Source: Chiloscyllium plagiosum (taxonomy: Eukaryota). From it: a stretch of 64,000 nt of DNA. Each line of letters starts with the position of its first letter. Position 1 is the stretch's first letter. Of this stretch, positions 23,581 to 36,128 are shown in pieces. The notes below the pieces were generated by a model. That model made no database searches, had not been told where the DNA came from, and was given only the letters and a program-made list of their open reading frames with translations. Location of the stretch: assembly GCF_004010195.1 (NCBI RefSeq), contig NC_057749.1:12454591-12518590 (forward strand), in the 5' to 3' direction. A program made the position numbers and the translations under genes.

Positions 23581-26500
23581 AAGGTGACAATCTGCCAAAA
23601 CTGCAAGCAGGAAGGCCACCCGACCAAGGAATGTAAGGAGACCAAGAACTGTAATCTGTGCGGAGAGGCGGGCCACATGTACAAGGGGTGCCCAAGACGA
23701 GGGACCGCCACCTATGCACAGATGGCCAGAGGTGGCAACACGAGCCGTGGACCTAAGACCAGCAAGGTACCACAAGACAGCACGGGATCGGTGTCTGGAG
23801 GGACCCAGAAGGAAGGGCAGGCTGTAGCGGAGCAGACGGCAGACAGCGGGGAGATGCAGCAGCCGATCCAAGCTCCTCCAAGACAGACGGAGGAAATGGA
23901 AGAGGAGGGAACAAAGGAGGCAGAGGATTGGATTACTGTCAAAAGCAGGAAGAGGAAACCTCCCAAAGCCACCCAGCGAAGGGGGAAGCAACACCTATAC
24001 GACGAGGATACAGGCAGCTCTTCCGACGGTGAGGACGGGCGCAAGGAGGGTCGTCACCAGAGGAAGAGACAGAGCGCTGTGGGGAAAAAGGAGGACAGCA
24101 CCGCCCAAGCAGGAAAAGACTACCCCTCTGAGGGGATGGGTAAAGGCCTCCCCCCACCCGGTGAGAACCAAGAGGTACCCACCGGCCCAGAGTTGCCAGC
24201 ATCAATGTGCGTAGCATCAAATCGGCTACGCGATGTGTTTCTACGATGGCCTTCCTGGCCAACGTTAAAGCCAACGTCCTGTTTCTGCAGGAGTGTGGGA
24301 TACCGCACCTCAGCAGCTACAGGAGATGGTCGAGCTTGTGGGCCCATGGGCCGTCAGTTTGGTCGGGGGGGCAACGATAGCCGCGCCTCCAGACTGGGTA
24401 TCCTGTTGCGAGGAGGCAACTTCACCATCTCCGAGGTTAAGGAAGTGGTGGGCGGGCACCTCCTTGTCGCCGACATCATGTACAGGAATGCTCCCCTGAG
24501 ACTGATTAATGTGTACGCCCCAGTGGGTAAGAGGGAATGGTTGGCCGTCCTGTTGCAGCTCCCACTGTTGCTGGCTACGTCCAGGCTGGTCATTCTGGCC
24601 GGTGACTTCAATAGTATCATTGATGCAGATGGACGATCCGGCGGAGGAGACAGTAAACTGGACCCTCGTCCAGAGCCCTAATGGACACGGTAAAAGATGC
24701 CAAGCTGCACGACGTCTTCAGCAGCCCTGCAGACGGAGCGCAGTGTAGATACACCTGGTCACGGGCAGACGGGTCTTTCCGCTCAAGGATAGATTACGCT
24801 CTCAGTCAGATCCACCGACGTCAAGCCGGTGTTCTTCTCTGACCACTGCCTCCGGCTGGCTGGCTGTCACCTACAGGACGAGCAGCGGGCTGGTAAGGGA
24901 ACGTGGAAGCTGAACACAAAGCTGTTGACCCTGGGAAACATCGAGGAGCTCAAGAGGGACTACGCAGGTTGGAGAACCGTGAAGCCCCTCTTTGAGTCCC
25001 CAGCGGACTGGTGGGAAACAGTAAAAGGGAACATCAAGAGGTTCTTCATCCTCAAAGGTGTTCAGGAGGCGAGAGAGAGGCGGGGAGAAATGTCCCAGCT
25101 CCAGGAAAGTATGCAGAACCTGCTCCTGCTGTAGACGATGGGGGTGGATGTCACAGAGGACCTCAAGGACGTGAAGGGCCAGCAAGCCTCGCTCTTTGCT
25201 TCGGAGGCCTCCAAGATAATCTTCCGGTCCAGGGTCCGCCCGGTGGAGCAGGACGAGACGTGCTCACGTTTCTCCTTCCAGAAGGTGCACAAAGAGAGCT
25301 ATGTGCTCAGCAGCCTGAAGGAAGAAGATGGCTCAGTAACATCATCTCAGGCTGACATCATGAGGATCAGCAAATCCTTCTATGCCAGTCTGTATGACGC
25401 GAAGCCGACCGACAGCACGGCCTCCCAGTCNNNNNNNNNNNNNNNNNNNNNNNNNNNNNNNNNNNNNNNNNNNNNNNNNNNNNNNNNNNNNNNNNNNNNN
25501 NNNNNNNNNNNNNNNNNNNNNNNNNNNNNNNNNNNNNNNNNNNNNNNNNNNNNNNNNNNNNNNNNNNNNNNNNNNNNNNNNNNNNNNNNNNNNNNNNNNN
25601 NNNNNNNNNNNNNNNNNNNNNNNNNNNNNNNNNNNNNNNNNNNNNNNNNNNNNNNNNNNNNNNNNNNNNNNNNNNNNNNNNNNNNNNNNNNNNNNNNNNN
25701 NNNNNNNNNNNNNNNNNNNNNNNNNNNNNNNNNNNNNNNNNNNNNNNNNNNNNNNNNNNNNNNNNNNNNNNNNNNNNNNNNNNNNNNNNNNNNNNNNNNN
25801 NNNNNNNNNNNNNNNNNNNNNNNNNNNNNNNNNNNNNNNNNNNNNNNNNNNNNNNNNNNNNNNNNNNNNNNNNNNNNNNNNNNNNNNNNNNNNNNNNNNN
25901 NNNNNNNNNNNNNNNNNNNNNNNNNNNNNNNNNNNNNNNNNNNNNNNNNTGCAGGACAGAGGGTTGGACACCTGCCTGATCAGCCTGGATCAGGAGAAAG
26001 CCTTTGACAGGATAACACACAGGTATATGAGAGATGTTCTCTCCAAAATGGGCTTTGGGGAGGGAATCTGCAATTGGATCAGACTGCTCTACACCAACAT
26101 TGTCAGTGCAGTCTCAATCAATGAGTGGGAATCAGATAGCTTCCCAGTCAGATCTAGAGTCAGGCAGGGCTGCCTTCTCTCTCCTGCCTTGTTTGTATGC
26201 TGCATAGAGCCATTTGCCGAGTCCATCAGGAAGGATGCGAGCCTGAGAGGGGTGACTATTCCTGGCAGCGGGAGCCTGCAAGTTAAGGCCTCCCTGTACA
26301 TGGATGACGTCGCTGTTTTCTGCTCGGATCCGCTGTCCGTGCACAGACTCATGTGACCATATGTGACCAATTCGAACGGACCTCGGGGGCCAAGGTAAAC
26401 CGAGGCAAGAGCGAGGCCATGCTCTTTGGGAACTGGGCCGACCAATCCTCGATCCTCTTCAACGTCAGGACCGACCACCTGAAGGTGCTGGGTATATGGT

Positions 26501-27820
26501 TCGGGGGGGCTGGGCACGCGCCAAGTCTTGGGAGGAGCGTATCAGCAAAGTGAGGCAGAAACTGGGCAGATGGAAGCTACGGTCGCTCTCCATCGCGGGA
26601 AAAAACCTGGTCATCAAGTGTGAGGCACTGTCATTGCTATTATACGTGGCACAGGTCTGGCCTATTCCCAGAACCTGTGCCGCTGCAGTCACCCGGGCCA
26701 TCTTCCAGTTTATATGGAGGTCAAAGATGGACCGGGTCCGAAGGGACTCGCTGTACAAAGATCTGGGCAATGGGGGAAAAAATGCACCCAATGCCACCCT
26801 CACCCTGATGGCCACCTTTGTGTGTGGCTGCATCAAGCTGTGAGTGGATCCCCGGTATGCAAACACCAAGTGTCATTACGTACTGAGGTTCTACCTGTCC
26901 CCGGTGTTGCGAAGGATGGGCCTGGCCTCGCTGCCGCGGAACGCTCCGAGTAGTTGGACCGTTCTGTATCACCTGTCTTTCGTGGAGAAGTTTATGAAGA
27001 AAAACACCTTTGACCACAAGTCCATCAGGATGTGGTCAGCACGTAGTGTCCTTGAGACCTTCGGGAAAAGGAGAGGGCGGACCCTATCGAGCAGTTCCCT
27101 GAGCAGACTGTCAAAGCCATTTGGCAGAATGCCTCATCGCCAGAACTTTCCAACAAGCACCAAGACATGGCTTGGCTGGTGGTGAGAAGGGCTCTGCCTG
27201 TGAGATCATTTATGCATGCCCGGACTCTCAGCCGTACCGCACGCTGCCCTCGAAGCGGCTGCGGTGGGGGGACGAGACTGTCACACACCTCCTTCTGGAA
27301 TGTGCCTACGCAGAAGAAGTTTGGAGAGGAATGCAGTGGTGTTTGTCGATGTTCGTCCCGAGCAGCGCTGTGATGCGCGACTCCGTGCTCTCCGGTCTGT
27401 TCCCCGGGACGCACACCGAGATGAACATCAACTGTGCCTGGAGGATCATCAACTCTGTGAAGGACGCTCTCTGGGCGGTCCGAAACCTGTTGATCTTCCA
27501 GCTGAAGGAGTTGACCCTGACTGAGTGTTGCAGACTGGCACATTCCAAGGTCCAGGACTACGTGTTGAGGGATGCGCTGAAGGCGCGGTGTGGAAAGACC
27601 ACCGTGTAACATCTGCCTGCCTAAAGAAGAACAGGGGGCCCGCCCATTCATTTGGGCACTGCTGACGCCTCAGCTAAAAATGTAATCGTACAGACCTGTA
27701 AATAGGAATGATTACTCTGTTTTCGGTATGCAAACAAATAGAATGTTTACATATGTATGGCATGTCCCGTTGTACAGATCATCAAAGTATTTTATGAATA
27801 AAGTATATTTTTGAAATTAA
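23581..27820 (+). mobile_element. Tx1-like copy C: ORF1 zinc knuckles, APE endonuclease, RT, 3' UTR; frameshifted; spans the gap
   Basis: CQNCKQEGHPTKEC and CNLCGEAGHMYKGC (CCHC), RVASINVRS..LFLQE, LINVYAP, AGDFN, SDH, SLDQEKAFDR, YMDDV; ends tttatgaataaagtatatttttgaaattaa. Confidence 0.93.
25431..25949. other. Assembly gap (519 N)
   Basis: Run of N inside ORF2 of Tx1 copy C. Confidence 1.
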
Positions 27821-29269
27821 GAAGCCAGCATGGAGATCGTTCAAGAGCAGGTCAGCACAACCAAATGAAACTCCAACATCCTATCACGATCCAGTGATGA
27901 TATCCAGTAGCTCTGATGACTCGCAACTCGACCCCTGTGGTATCTCCCCTGCCAGTACATGTCTGCTGTGTCGAACCTGCAGCACTCGAGCAGAATCTCT
28001 TCCTCTGATCCTCAGGAACTACACATATTCCGAGCCAAAAGGCCAAGAAGCGATAGGACTTGGAGAATGTTGAGGAACTGCTGCTGTCTTCAGCCAGTGC
28101 ATTGAGAGCTGTGGGAATGAATCCATCTTCAGTGTCTGTTATTCTTGGGTCAGAGTGAATGTTTTGGTATTTGGTCATTAATGTTCACAACTCTCTTTGC
28201 CTGTATAGTTGTGAATTTAAATGAAACCTTTTTTTTAAATGCTTATTAACATGCAGTGATTTCCTTTTCCCAAGATACAAGGAAATTTGGAAATAAATGC
28301 TAATAAGACACAGCATCCGCATAAGAGATAGATTGGGTGTGGGAACCGGGGTCTTTAACATGAATGCACGGGTTGCTCTGTCGATCCTTGGGAGCCTGCT
28401 GTGTATTTGTAGCTTTCATTCTGATTGTGGGTGTGACTCCATCCCTGTGAAACCTGTTTTATACTTTCTAGATTGAACCAAAGCCAGTAAACAAGAGCTG
28501 GGAATCTGAGAGCCCAGCATTGACTGCTGATTAAAACAGGAGCGATTTGGACACACGGATACCTCATAGACAAGACTTTTACACATTTCAGCGCGAGCCA
28601 TTCTGAGGAATTTCTGCTTCAGTCTCGGGCTCCACAAGGTGCCTATGTGTTGCTGGCTTAATTCCCCTTGGAATTACCAGCACAGAAACATTCAAATCCT
28701 TTAGTGTGTCTTTTGGGGGTAATTTGTGAGCAGACGTGGAAATGCCTCTTGCCTCAGGATTTTTACAGTTGATGGGAAAGTGTGGAGTGGATCAATCCTC
28801 TTGTCAGGAATGTTACTTCTGATGAGAAGATATGGGATGGAGTAGCTCCCTTGCTGGAATTGGTAAACTGAAGTCATGAAGGGTTTACAAGAAAATCAGG
28901 AGTGGACTTTTTCTCAGATTGGGAACAGTGTTGAGAGAGACAATTTGCAGAATAGAGTAAGTAGTTCTTGTTCTGGGACTGGAATGCATTAGGAGAAAAT
29001 ATCTGGTTTGTGGAGCAAATCCTACTATAGTCAGAGGTTTGTAAAACAATTACAGAGCAGAGTCAAGCTTTTCCTGGGGTCAGGATGGTCTGAAAGCATA
29101 GAATAGATGAAATTGTGTTGGAGTGAAAACCTGCAGGTCAGAGAGGTTCAGATGTTGGATCAGATTAGTTACTGAATGAGGATTGACTCCCGTGCTGGAT
29201 CAGTGTGGTTACTGAGTAAGGATTGCCCCCCACCGTGTGTGTGTGTATGCGCGTGCACGCTGCCAGGAA

Positions 29270-30100
29270 GGGGGTGTTCCAGGATTTTCATTCAGCGAGA
29301 CTGAAAGAACAGTGATATGTTTCCAAGTCAGGAAGGTGAATGACTTGAAGGGAACTTGCAAATGGTGGTGTTCTCATGTATCAGCTCCCTTTGTCTTTCG
29401 AGATGGAAGTGGTCCTGAGTTTGGAAGTTGCTGTCTTAGGCACATTGGTAAATTTTTGCATTGCCTCTTTAGATGATACAGACTGCAGCTACTGAGCAGT
29501 GGGGAAAGTGAGTATTTGTGGCTGTGGTGCCAATCAAGTGAGATTTTATTTTCCTGTTTGGTATCAAACCCTTGAGTTTTCCTGGAGCTATAGTCATCCA
29601 GACAAGTGAGGAGTATTCCAATACACTCCAGACTTATACCTTGTGGACGATGAACAAGCACTGGGGAGTTGGGGGATAAGTTACTCGCTGTAGGATCCCT
29701 AACCTCTGGCCTGCTCTTTGTCATAATTTATTTACATGCTGAGTCCGGTTCATTTTCTGGTCTGTGGTAACCCCGAGGATGTTGACAGTAGGATTTCAGT
29801 GATGGTAATGCTGTTGAATTTCAAGGGTCAATGGCTAGATTCTCTCTTGAAGGATATGGTCTTTGCCTTGCATTTGTCAGCTGAAATCTGGGTATTATCC
29901 AAGTCTTGCGACAATTAGACTTGGGCTGTTTTAATATTCAAGAAGTTGTGAATGGTGCCGAACATTGTGAAATCATCAGTGAACATTTCACTTCAGACCT
30001 TATGCTGGAGGGAAAGTCACTGAAGCAGCTGAAGATGGTTGGCCCTAGGACACCACCCTGAGGAACTCTTGCAGAGATATCCTGGAGCTGAGATGACTGA
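29270..30100 (-). mobile_element. Old L2/CR1-like LINE fragment, continuing at ~32530-33110
   Basis: Contains the reverse of the QGSVLGPTIF..FINDLP RT region (30000-30080), the same family as 58110-58900. Confidence 0.65.
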
Positions 30101-30104
30101 TTAG

Positions 30105-30297
30105 TTGATTAGAGTAGATTCCCTACAGTGTGGAAACAGGCCCTTCAGCCCAACCAGTCCACACCCACCCTCTGAAGAGTAACCCACCCCCCTCTGACTA
30201 ATGCACCTGACACTATGGACAATTTAGCATGGCCAATTCACCTGACCTGCACATCTTTGGACTGTGGGAGGAAACTGGAGCACCTGGAGGAAACCCA
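30105..30297 (-). mobile_element. HE1 SINE, 3' part
   Basis: Reverse complement of the 3' part of 35809-36128. Confidence 0.88.
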
Positions 30298-30304
30298 TAG
30301 CTTT

Positions 30305-32522
30305 TAGAATCATAGAATCGTAGAGATGGACAGCATGGAAACTGACCTTTTGGTTCAACCTGTCCATGCCGACCAGAGGTCCCAACCCAATCTAGTCCCA
30401 CCTGCCAGCACCCGGCCCATATCCCTCAAAACCTTTCCTATTCATATACCTTTGCAAATGGCTTTTAAATGTTGCTATTGTACCAGCCTCCACTACTTCC
30501 TCTGGCAGCTCATTCCAAACACGTACCACCCTCTGTGTGAAAAGGTTGCCCCTTAGGTCCCTTTTATATCTTTCCCCTCTCACCCTAAACCTCTAGTTCT
30601 TGACTCCCCTACCCCAGGGAAAAGACTTGGTCTATTTATCATATCCAGGCCCCTCATAATTTTGTAAACCTCTATAAAGTCACCCCTCAGCCTCTGATGC
30701 TCCAGGGAAGACAGCCCCAACCTGTTCAGCCTCTCCTTTTAGCCCAATCCTCCAACCCTGGCAACATCCTTGTAAATCTTTTCTGGACCGTTTCAAGTTT
30801 CACAACATCTATCCAATAGGAAGGAGACCAGAATTGCACGCAATATTCCAACAGTGGCCTAACCAATGTCCTGTACAGCTGCAACATGACCTCCCAACTC
30901 CTGTACTCAATACATTGACCAATAAAGGAAAGCATACCAAACACCTTCTTCACTATCCTATCTACTTGTGACTCCACGTTCAAGGAGCTATGAACCTGCA
31001 GTCCAAGGTCTCTTTGTTCAGCAACACTCCCTAGGACCTTACCATTAAGTGTATAAGTGCTGCTAAGATTTGCTTTCCCAAAATGCAGCACCTCGTATTT
31101 ATCTGAATTAAACTCCATCTGCCACTTCTCAGCCCATTGGCCCATCTGATCAAGATCCTGTTGTAATCTGAGGTAATATTCTTCGCTGTCCACTAAATCT
31201 CCAATTTTGGTGTCATCTGCAAACTTACTAACTGTACCTCTTATGCTCGCATCCAATCATTTATGTAAATGACAAAAAGTAGAGGACCCAGCACCAATCC
31301 TTGTGGCACTCCACTGGTCACAGGTCTCCAGTCTGAAAACAACCCTCCACCACCACTCTCTTTGACCTTTGAGCCAGTTCTGTATTCAAATGGCGAGTTC
31401 TCCCTGTATTCCGTGAGATCTAACCTTGCTAACCAGTCTCCCATGGGCAACCTTGCCGAACGCCTTACTGAACTCCACATAGCTCACGTCTACCGCTCTG
31501 CCCTCATCAATCCTCTGTTACTTCATCAAAAAACTCAATCAAGTTTGTGAGACATGATTTCCCACGCACAAAGCCATGTTGACGATCCCTAATCAGTCAA
31601 TGCCTTTCCAAATACATGTACATCCTGTCCCTCAGGATTCCCTCTAACAACTTGCCCACCATTGCTTCAGGCTTACTGGTCTATAGTTCCCTGCCTTGTC
31701 CTTACCACCCTTCTTAAATAGTGGTACCACATTAGCCAACCTCCAGTCTTCCTGCACCTCACCTATGACTATTGATGATACAAATATCTCAGCAGGAGGC
31801 CCAGCAATCACTCCCTAGTTTCCCACAGTGTTCTCGGGTACAGCTGATCAGGTCCTGAGGATTTATCCTCTGTAATATGAACATTTTGCAAAGTATCACC
31901 ATCTATTTCGCTACTTTCTATATCTTCCATATCCTTTTCCACAGTAAATGCTGTTGCAAAAATCTTATTTAGTATCTCCCCCATTTTCTGCAGCTCCACA
32001 CAAAGGCCGCCTTGCTGATCTTTGAGGGGCCCTATTCTCTCTGTAGTTACCCTTTTGACCTTAATATATTTGTATAAACCCTTTGGGGTTTCTCCTTAAT
32101 TCTATTTGCCAAAGCTATCTCAGGTCCCCTTTTTGCCCTCCTGATTTCCCTCTTAAGTATACACCTATTGCCTTTATACTCTTCTAAGGATTCACCCGAT
32201 CTATCCTGTCTTACCTTACATATGCTTCTTTCTTTTTCTTGACCAAACCCTCAATTTCTTTAGTCATCCAGCATTCCCTATACCCACCAGCCTTTCCTTT
32301 CTCCCTAAAAGGAATATACTTTCTCTGGATTCTTGCTATCTCATTTCTGAAGGTTTCCCATTTTCCAGCTGTCCCTTTACCTGCGAATATCTGCCCCCCA
32401 TCAGCTTTTGAAAGTTCTTGCTTAGTACAGTCAAAATTGGCCTTCTTCCAATTTAGGACTTCTACTTTTAAATCTGGTCTATCCTTTTCTATCATTATTT
32501 TAAATCTAATAGAATTATGGTC
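30305..32522 (-). mobile_element. CR1 (HER1-like) LINE, 5'-truncated, ~2.2 kb
   Basis: [33 protein letters not shown]; short tandem tail at the 3' end (tagaatcatagaatc). Confidence 0.93.
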
Positions 32523-32529
32523 ACTAGCC

Positions 32530-33110
32530 TTTTGCAGTATCTGGTGTATTTAGTCATTGTTTGTCACCATGAAGAGTGAATCAAACTGGCAGAAGACTGT
32601 CATCTGTGATACTTGGACCTCTGGAAGAAGAGATGGATCAACTACTTGGCATTTATGACTGAAAAGTTATTTCAAATGCTTCAACCTTATTTGTTATGCC
32701 AGTGTGCTGGGCTCCACCATCATTGAGGGTGGGATAATTTTGGAGCCATTTCCTTCATTGAATTGTTTCATTGTCAACTAGTATTTGTGACCGAGTGAAA
32801 TCACTTATCTCTATTATTTGATGCTTATTCTGTTTGCTATGGATTGTTTTGTAGCTTCACTAGGTTAACAAGTTCCTGGTGCTGTTCCTGCCTGTCCTTC
32901 TGCACTCTTCATAGAACTAAGGTTAATCCCCTAGTTTGATGGTGATTGCAGAGAGTGGGACATGCAAAGGCCTGACGTTGCACATTGTATTGGAATATGA
33001 TTCAGCCACTGCTGAAGGCCCACATGCCTCATGGATGCTCAGTCTTGAATTGCTAGATCTGTACAAGGTCTTCCCCATTAGGTATGACTTAACATGACTG
33101 AATGATTCTC
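32530..33110 (-). mobile_element. Continuation of the old L2/CR1-like LINE
   Basis: Degenerate LINE-like sequence in the same orientation as 29270-30100. Confidence 0.5.
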
Positions 33111-35011
33111 CCTTGGAATTATACATTGAAACTGCTTCTGATGAAGTTGCATTGTAGTGTGAGATACTTTGCTTTAAATTCTGAAATTAAAGGAGGTACT
33201 GTGGAACAAATTGGGGAAAATGTAGTGAGCAGCAGGATAACTGACAGCTGTTGGACCTGCTGTTGTTGTATTCTCACTCTGAAAAGGGCATAAGGGTTTA
33301 CTGTCTGTCCTTCGGCTAGATACAGTGTGAAGCTTTATGGTGCCTCCAGAGAACTGATAGGACAATTAACACTTTGGTGAAAGGGTGCAGATTCTGTGCT
33401 GTTTGCAGATATCTGGTTATTTTTTAACTTCATCTTCTATGAGTGGATGTGTTTCCATGGCGTTTGCATGAAGCTTGGAAAGTTCCTATTGTCAAACTAA
33501 GGCCTGAATGATGACATTATCTGATATCACAGTCTGTCTAAGCTGCTTGGTGAAGAATGACCATGGATATAGAGTGGATACTGTCAGTTGCCATGGAACT
33601 GGAGCAAGAGTTCAGTTGATTTGTCAAGGGAGTAGAGAGAGAGAGACACAGCAGTCAATGATGGTTTTATCTTGGGACTCGTGAGTTAGGCTAGTGGCAG
33701 GGCTATGGTCATGGTTCCTTGAAAATATGATTAATAACACTTTTTCCAGTTCTGCTTTGGCTGAGTGACATTTTACAGCAATAGAAGTGTTTGCTGTGCA
33801 GTCAGCTTTCGATCAGGATTGGACTGTGCTTAGAATTCTGTGGCACAGAACTGTATGTCATTGGATATTGCATCCAAATACTGAAATATCAGGGAACTAT
33901 CCAATGCTATTGGAGTTCAGGGGTGTTGTGGATCTTCAATCTGTTCTTGTCTCGAGTTGCAGCTTACTTGGGAATGCACTGACATGGGGTGATTGAAGAG
34001 AAAGACTCTGAATGTTCAGCAATACCATCAGCACCAAGATGTACAGCAAACTTTAGACAGTTATGTCAGGCTTAGAATAACAGGCAACATATTCGAGCAT
34101 GTGGAGAGGAAAAGGAGGATATAGGGTTAGTGAGATGGAGATGGGCTAGATGCTGTGTTGATGAGTTTTTCAAGCGATCTGGTCAATGGCATCAATTCTA
34201 AAAAAAGAAGGGATAGTCCCCGAGGAGAGAAACTGTTTACTATGACAGCTAACATGAGGACTGTAAGGGACTTCTGTTGGTTAGCAGGAGCCAAATTGAA
34301 AATCATCAAATTAATACAACATTGAAGAAGGCCATTTAACTCAATGCGTCAATGCTGGCCCTCTGAAGGAACAATTCACCCAGACCCTCTCTTTTACCTT
34401 CTTCTTGCTCTAAATATTTTTCAAACAATAACCTCATTCCACTTTGAAAGCCATGGATTGATGCTGCACCTCCAACTCTCTTGGGCTGTACATTCCAGAT
34501 CCTAACCACTTGCTGTGTAAATAGGATTTCCTCATGGGGAGGGTATAATAGGTAGAAAACCACAGAGAGATAGGGAGGGAGCAGCTTGGTAATGAGATGT
34601 CCTTCACATCCTCACCTTTATTGGAGGTGAGAGTGGAGGGAGCAGGGGAGATGGTAAAATAGAGAGTCCTGGAGCCCACCACGCTGTTGGATACATTTTG
34701 AAGTGTTTCTGCCATGATGGCTGTCAGTGATTAAGATCTCCACTATCTGAGCTGCTGTTCATATTGGGTTTGGTTGTCGAGTGAGATCCTGTCTGACGCA
34801 CTGATTTTCCGTATGGATTGGGGTGGGCCATGGAGGTGACTGAACTGGGTGAACGTTAGATTGTCCTAAACAGCAGGAGAGTCATTGGCACAGCAATATT
34901 ACACGTAAATGACTCTTGTTGCTGGTTGTCTCACAAGCATAAAGTCTAATCTTGTGCTGCTCAGCTAAGCCCTTGAGTGAGTGAGTAAAGACTGACTTAT
35001 CAATAGGATGG

Positions 35012-35258
35012 CAAAAGTGAGGACTGCAAATGCTGGAGATCAGAGTCTAGATTAGAGTGGTGCTGGAAAAGCACAGCAGGTCAGGCAGCATCTGAGGAGC
35101 AGGAAAATAGACGTTCTGGGCAAAAGCCCTTCATCAGCAATGAAGAGCTTTTGGGAAGGGAATTCTTGATGAAGGGTTTTTGCCCGAAACATCGATTTTC
35201 CTGCTCCTCGGATGCTGCCTGACCTGCTGTGCTTCTCCAGCACCACTCTAATCGAGAC
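35012..35258. mobile_element. 247-bp fold-back Penelope-like element with two opposed hammerhead cores
   Basis: ~105-bp inverted arms; perfect 17-bp TSD acttatcaataggatgg at 34995-35011 and 35259-35275. Confidence 0.9.
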
Positions 35259-35299
35259 ACTTATCAATAGGATGGATCTGTTAAAAATTGTGTATGCCT

Positions 35300-35660
35300 A
35301 AGTGTGGGAGTGAGAATATCTGTGTGTTTGTGTATGTATAACAAATGAAAGTATTTGTGTCTGTGTAGTTTGGGAATGAGAGTGTTGGTGTCTGTGTTTG
35401 TTTGGAATGAGGGAGTGTATGTCTGTGTTGTGGGAATGACAGAGCGTGTGTGTCTGTGTCCGTATGGGAATGACGGGGCGTGTGTGTCTGTGTCCGTATG
35501 GGAATGATGGGGCGTGTGTGTCTGTGCCCATGTCCGTGTGGGAGTGACAGGGCGTGTGTGTCTGTGAAGGTGTGGGAGTGACAGGGCGTGTGTGTCTGTG
35601 AAGGTGTGGGAGTGACGGGGTGTGTGTCTGTGTCCGTGTGGGAGCGACAGGGCGTGTGTG
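35300..35660. repeat. ~32-bp GT-rich minisatellite
   Basis: Unit gtgtgtgtctgtgtccgtatgggaatgacggggc and variants. Confidence 0.85.
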
Positions 35661-35808
35661 AATCACAAAATTGCTACATTGCAGAAGAAGGCTGTGCACC
35701 TATCATTTCTGACCATTGTAACTTATTGCCAATCTCCTGTCTATTCCCAACTAACCCTGCACATTGGTCCTTTTTATAAAGTCATCAAATGTCCTCAAGA
35801 CATTTTGA

Positions 35809-36128
35809 GGGCGGCACGGTGGCTCAGTGGTTAGCACTGCTGCCTCACAGCACCAGGGACCTGGGTTCGATTCCAGCCTCGGGCGACTGTCTGTGTGGCG
35901 TTTGCACATTCTCCTCATGTCTGCCTGGGTTTCCTCCAGGTGCTCTGGGTTCCTCCCACAGTCCAAAGATGTGCAGGTCAGGTGAATTGGCCATGTTAAA
36001 TTGCCCATAGTGATAGGTGCATTAGGAGGGAGGAGGGGAATGAGTCTGGGTGGGTTACTCTTCAGAGGGTCAGTGTGGACCTGGTGGGCCGAAGGGCCTG
36101 TTTCTACACTGTAGGGAATCTAATCTAA
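35809..36128 (+). mobile_element. HE1 SINE, full length
   Basis: tRNA-like head ggcggcacggtggctcagtggttagcactgctgcctcacagc...ggttcgattcc, V-type core, CR1-like tail with aatct repeats. Confidence 0.92.

Noticed and set aside
25138..26356. Long ORFs of 200-324 aa
   Set aside because: They are inflated by the N gap; flanking Tx1 ORF2 has stops and frameshifts, so no intact element is shown.
27830..28180. Coding-looking sequence after the Tx1 tail (3' transduction or pseudogene)
   Set aside because: No recognisable protein, poly(A) or TSD could be identified by eye.
35012..35258. MITE or miRNA hairpin interpretation
   Set aside because: The arms are asymmetric, TSDs are long and variable among copies, and single-arm copies exist.
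35809..35885. tRNA gene
   Set aside because: It is the tRNA-derived head of an HE1 SINE and continues into the SINE body.
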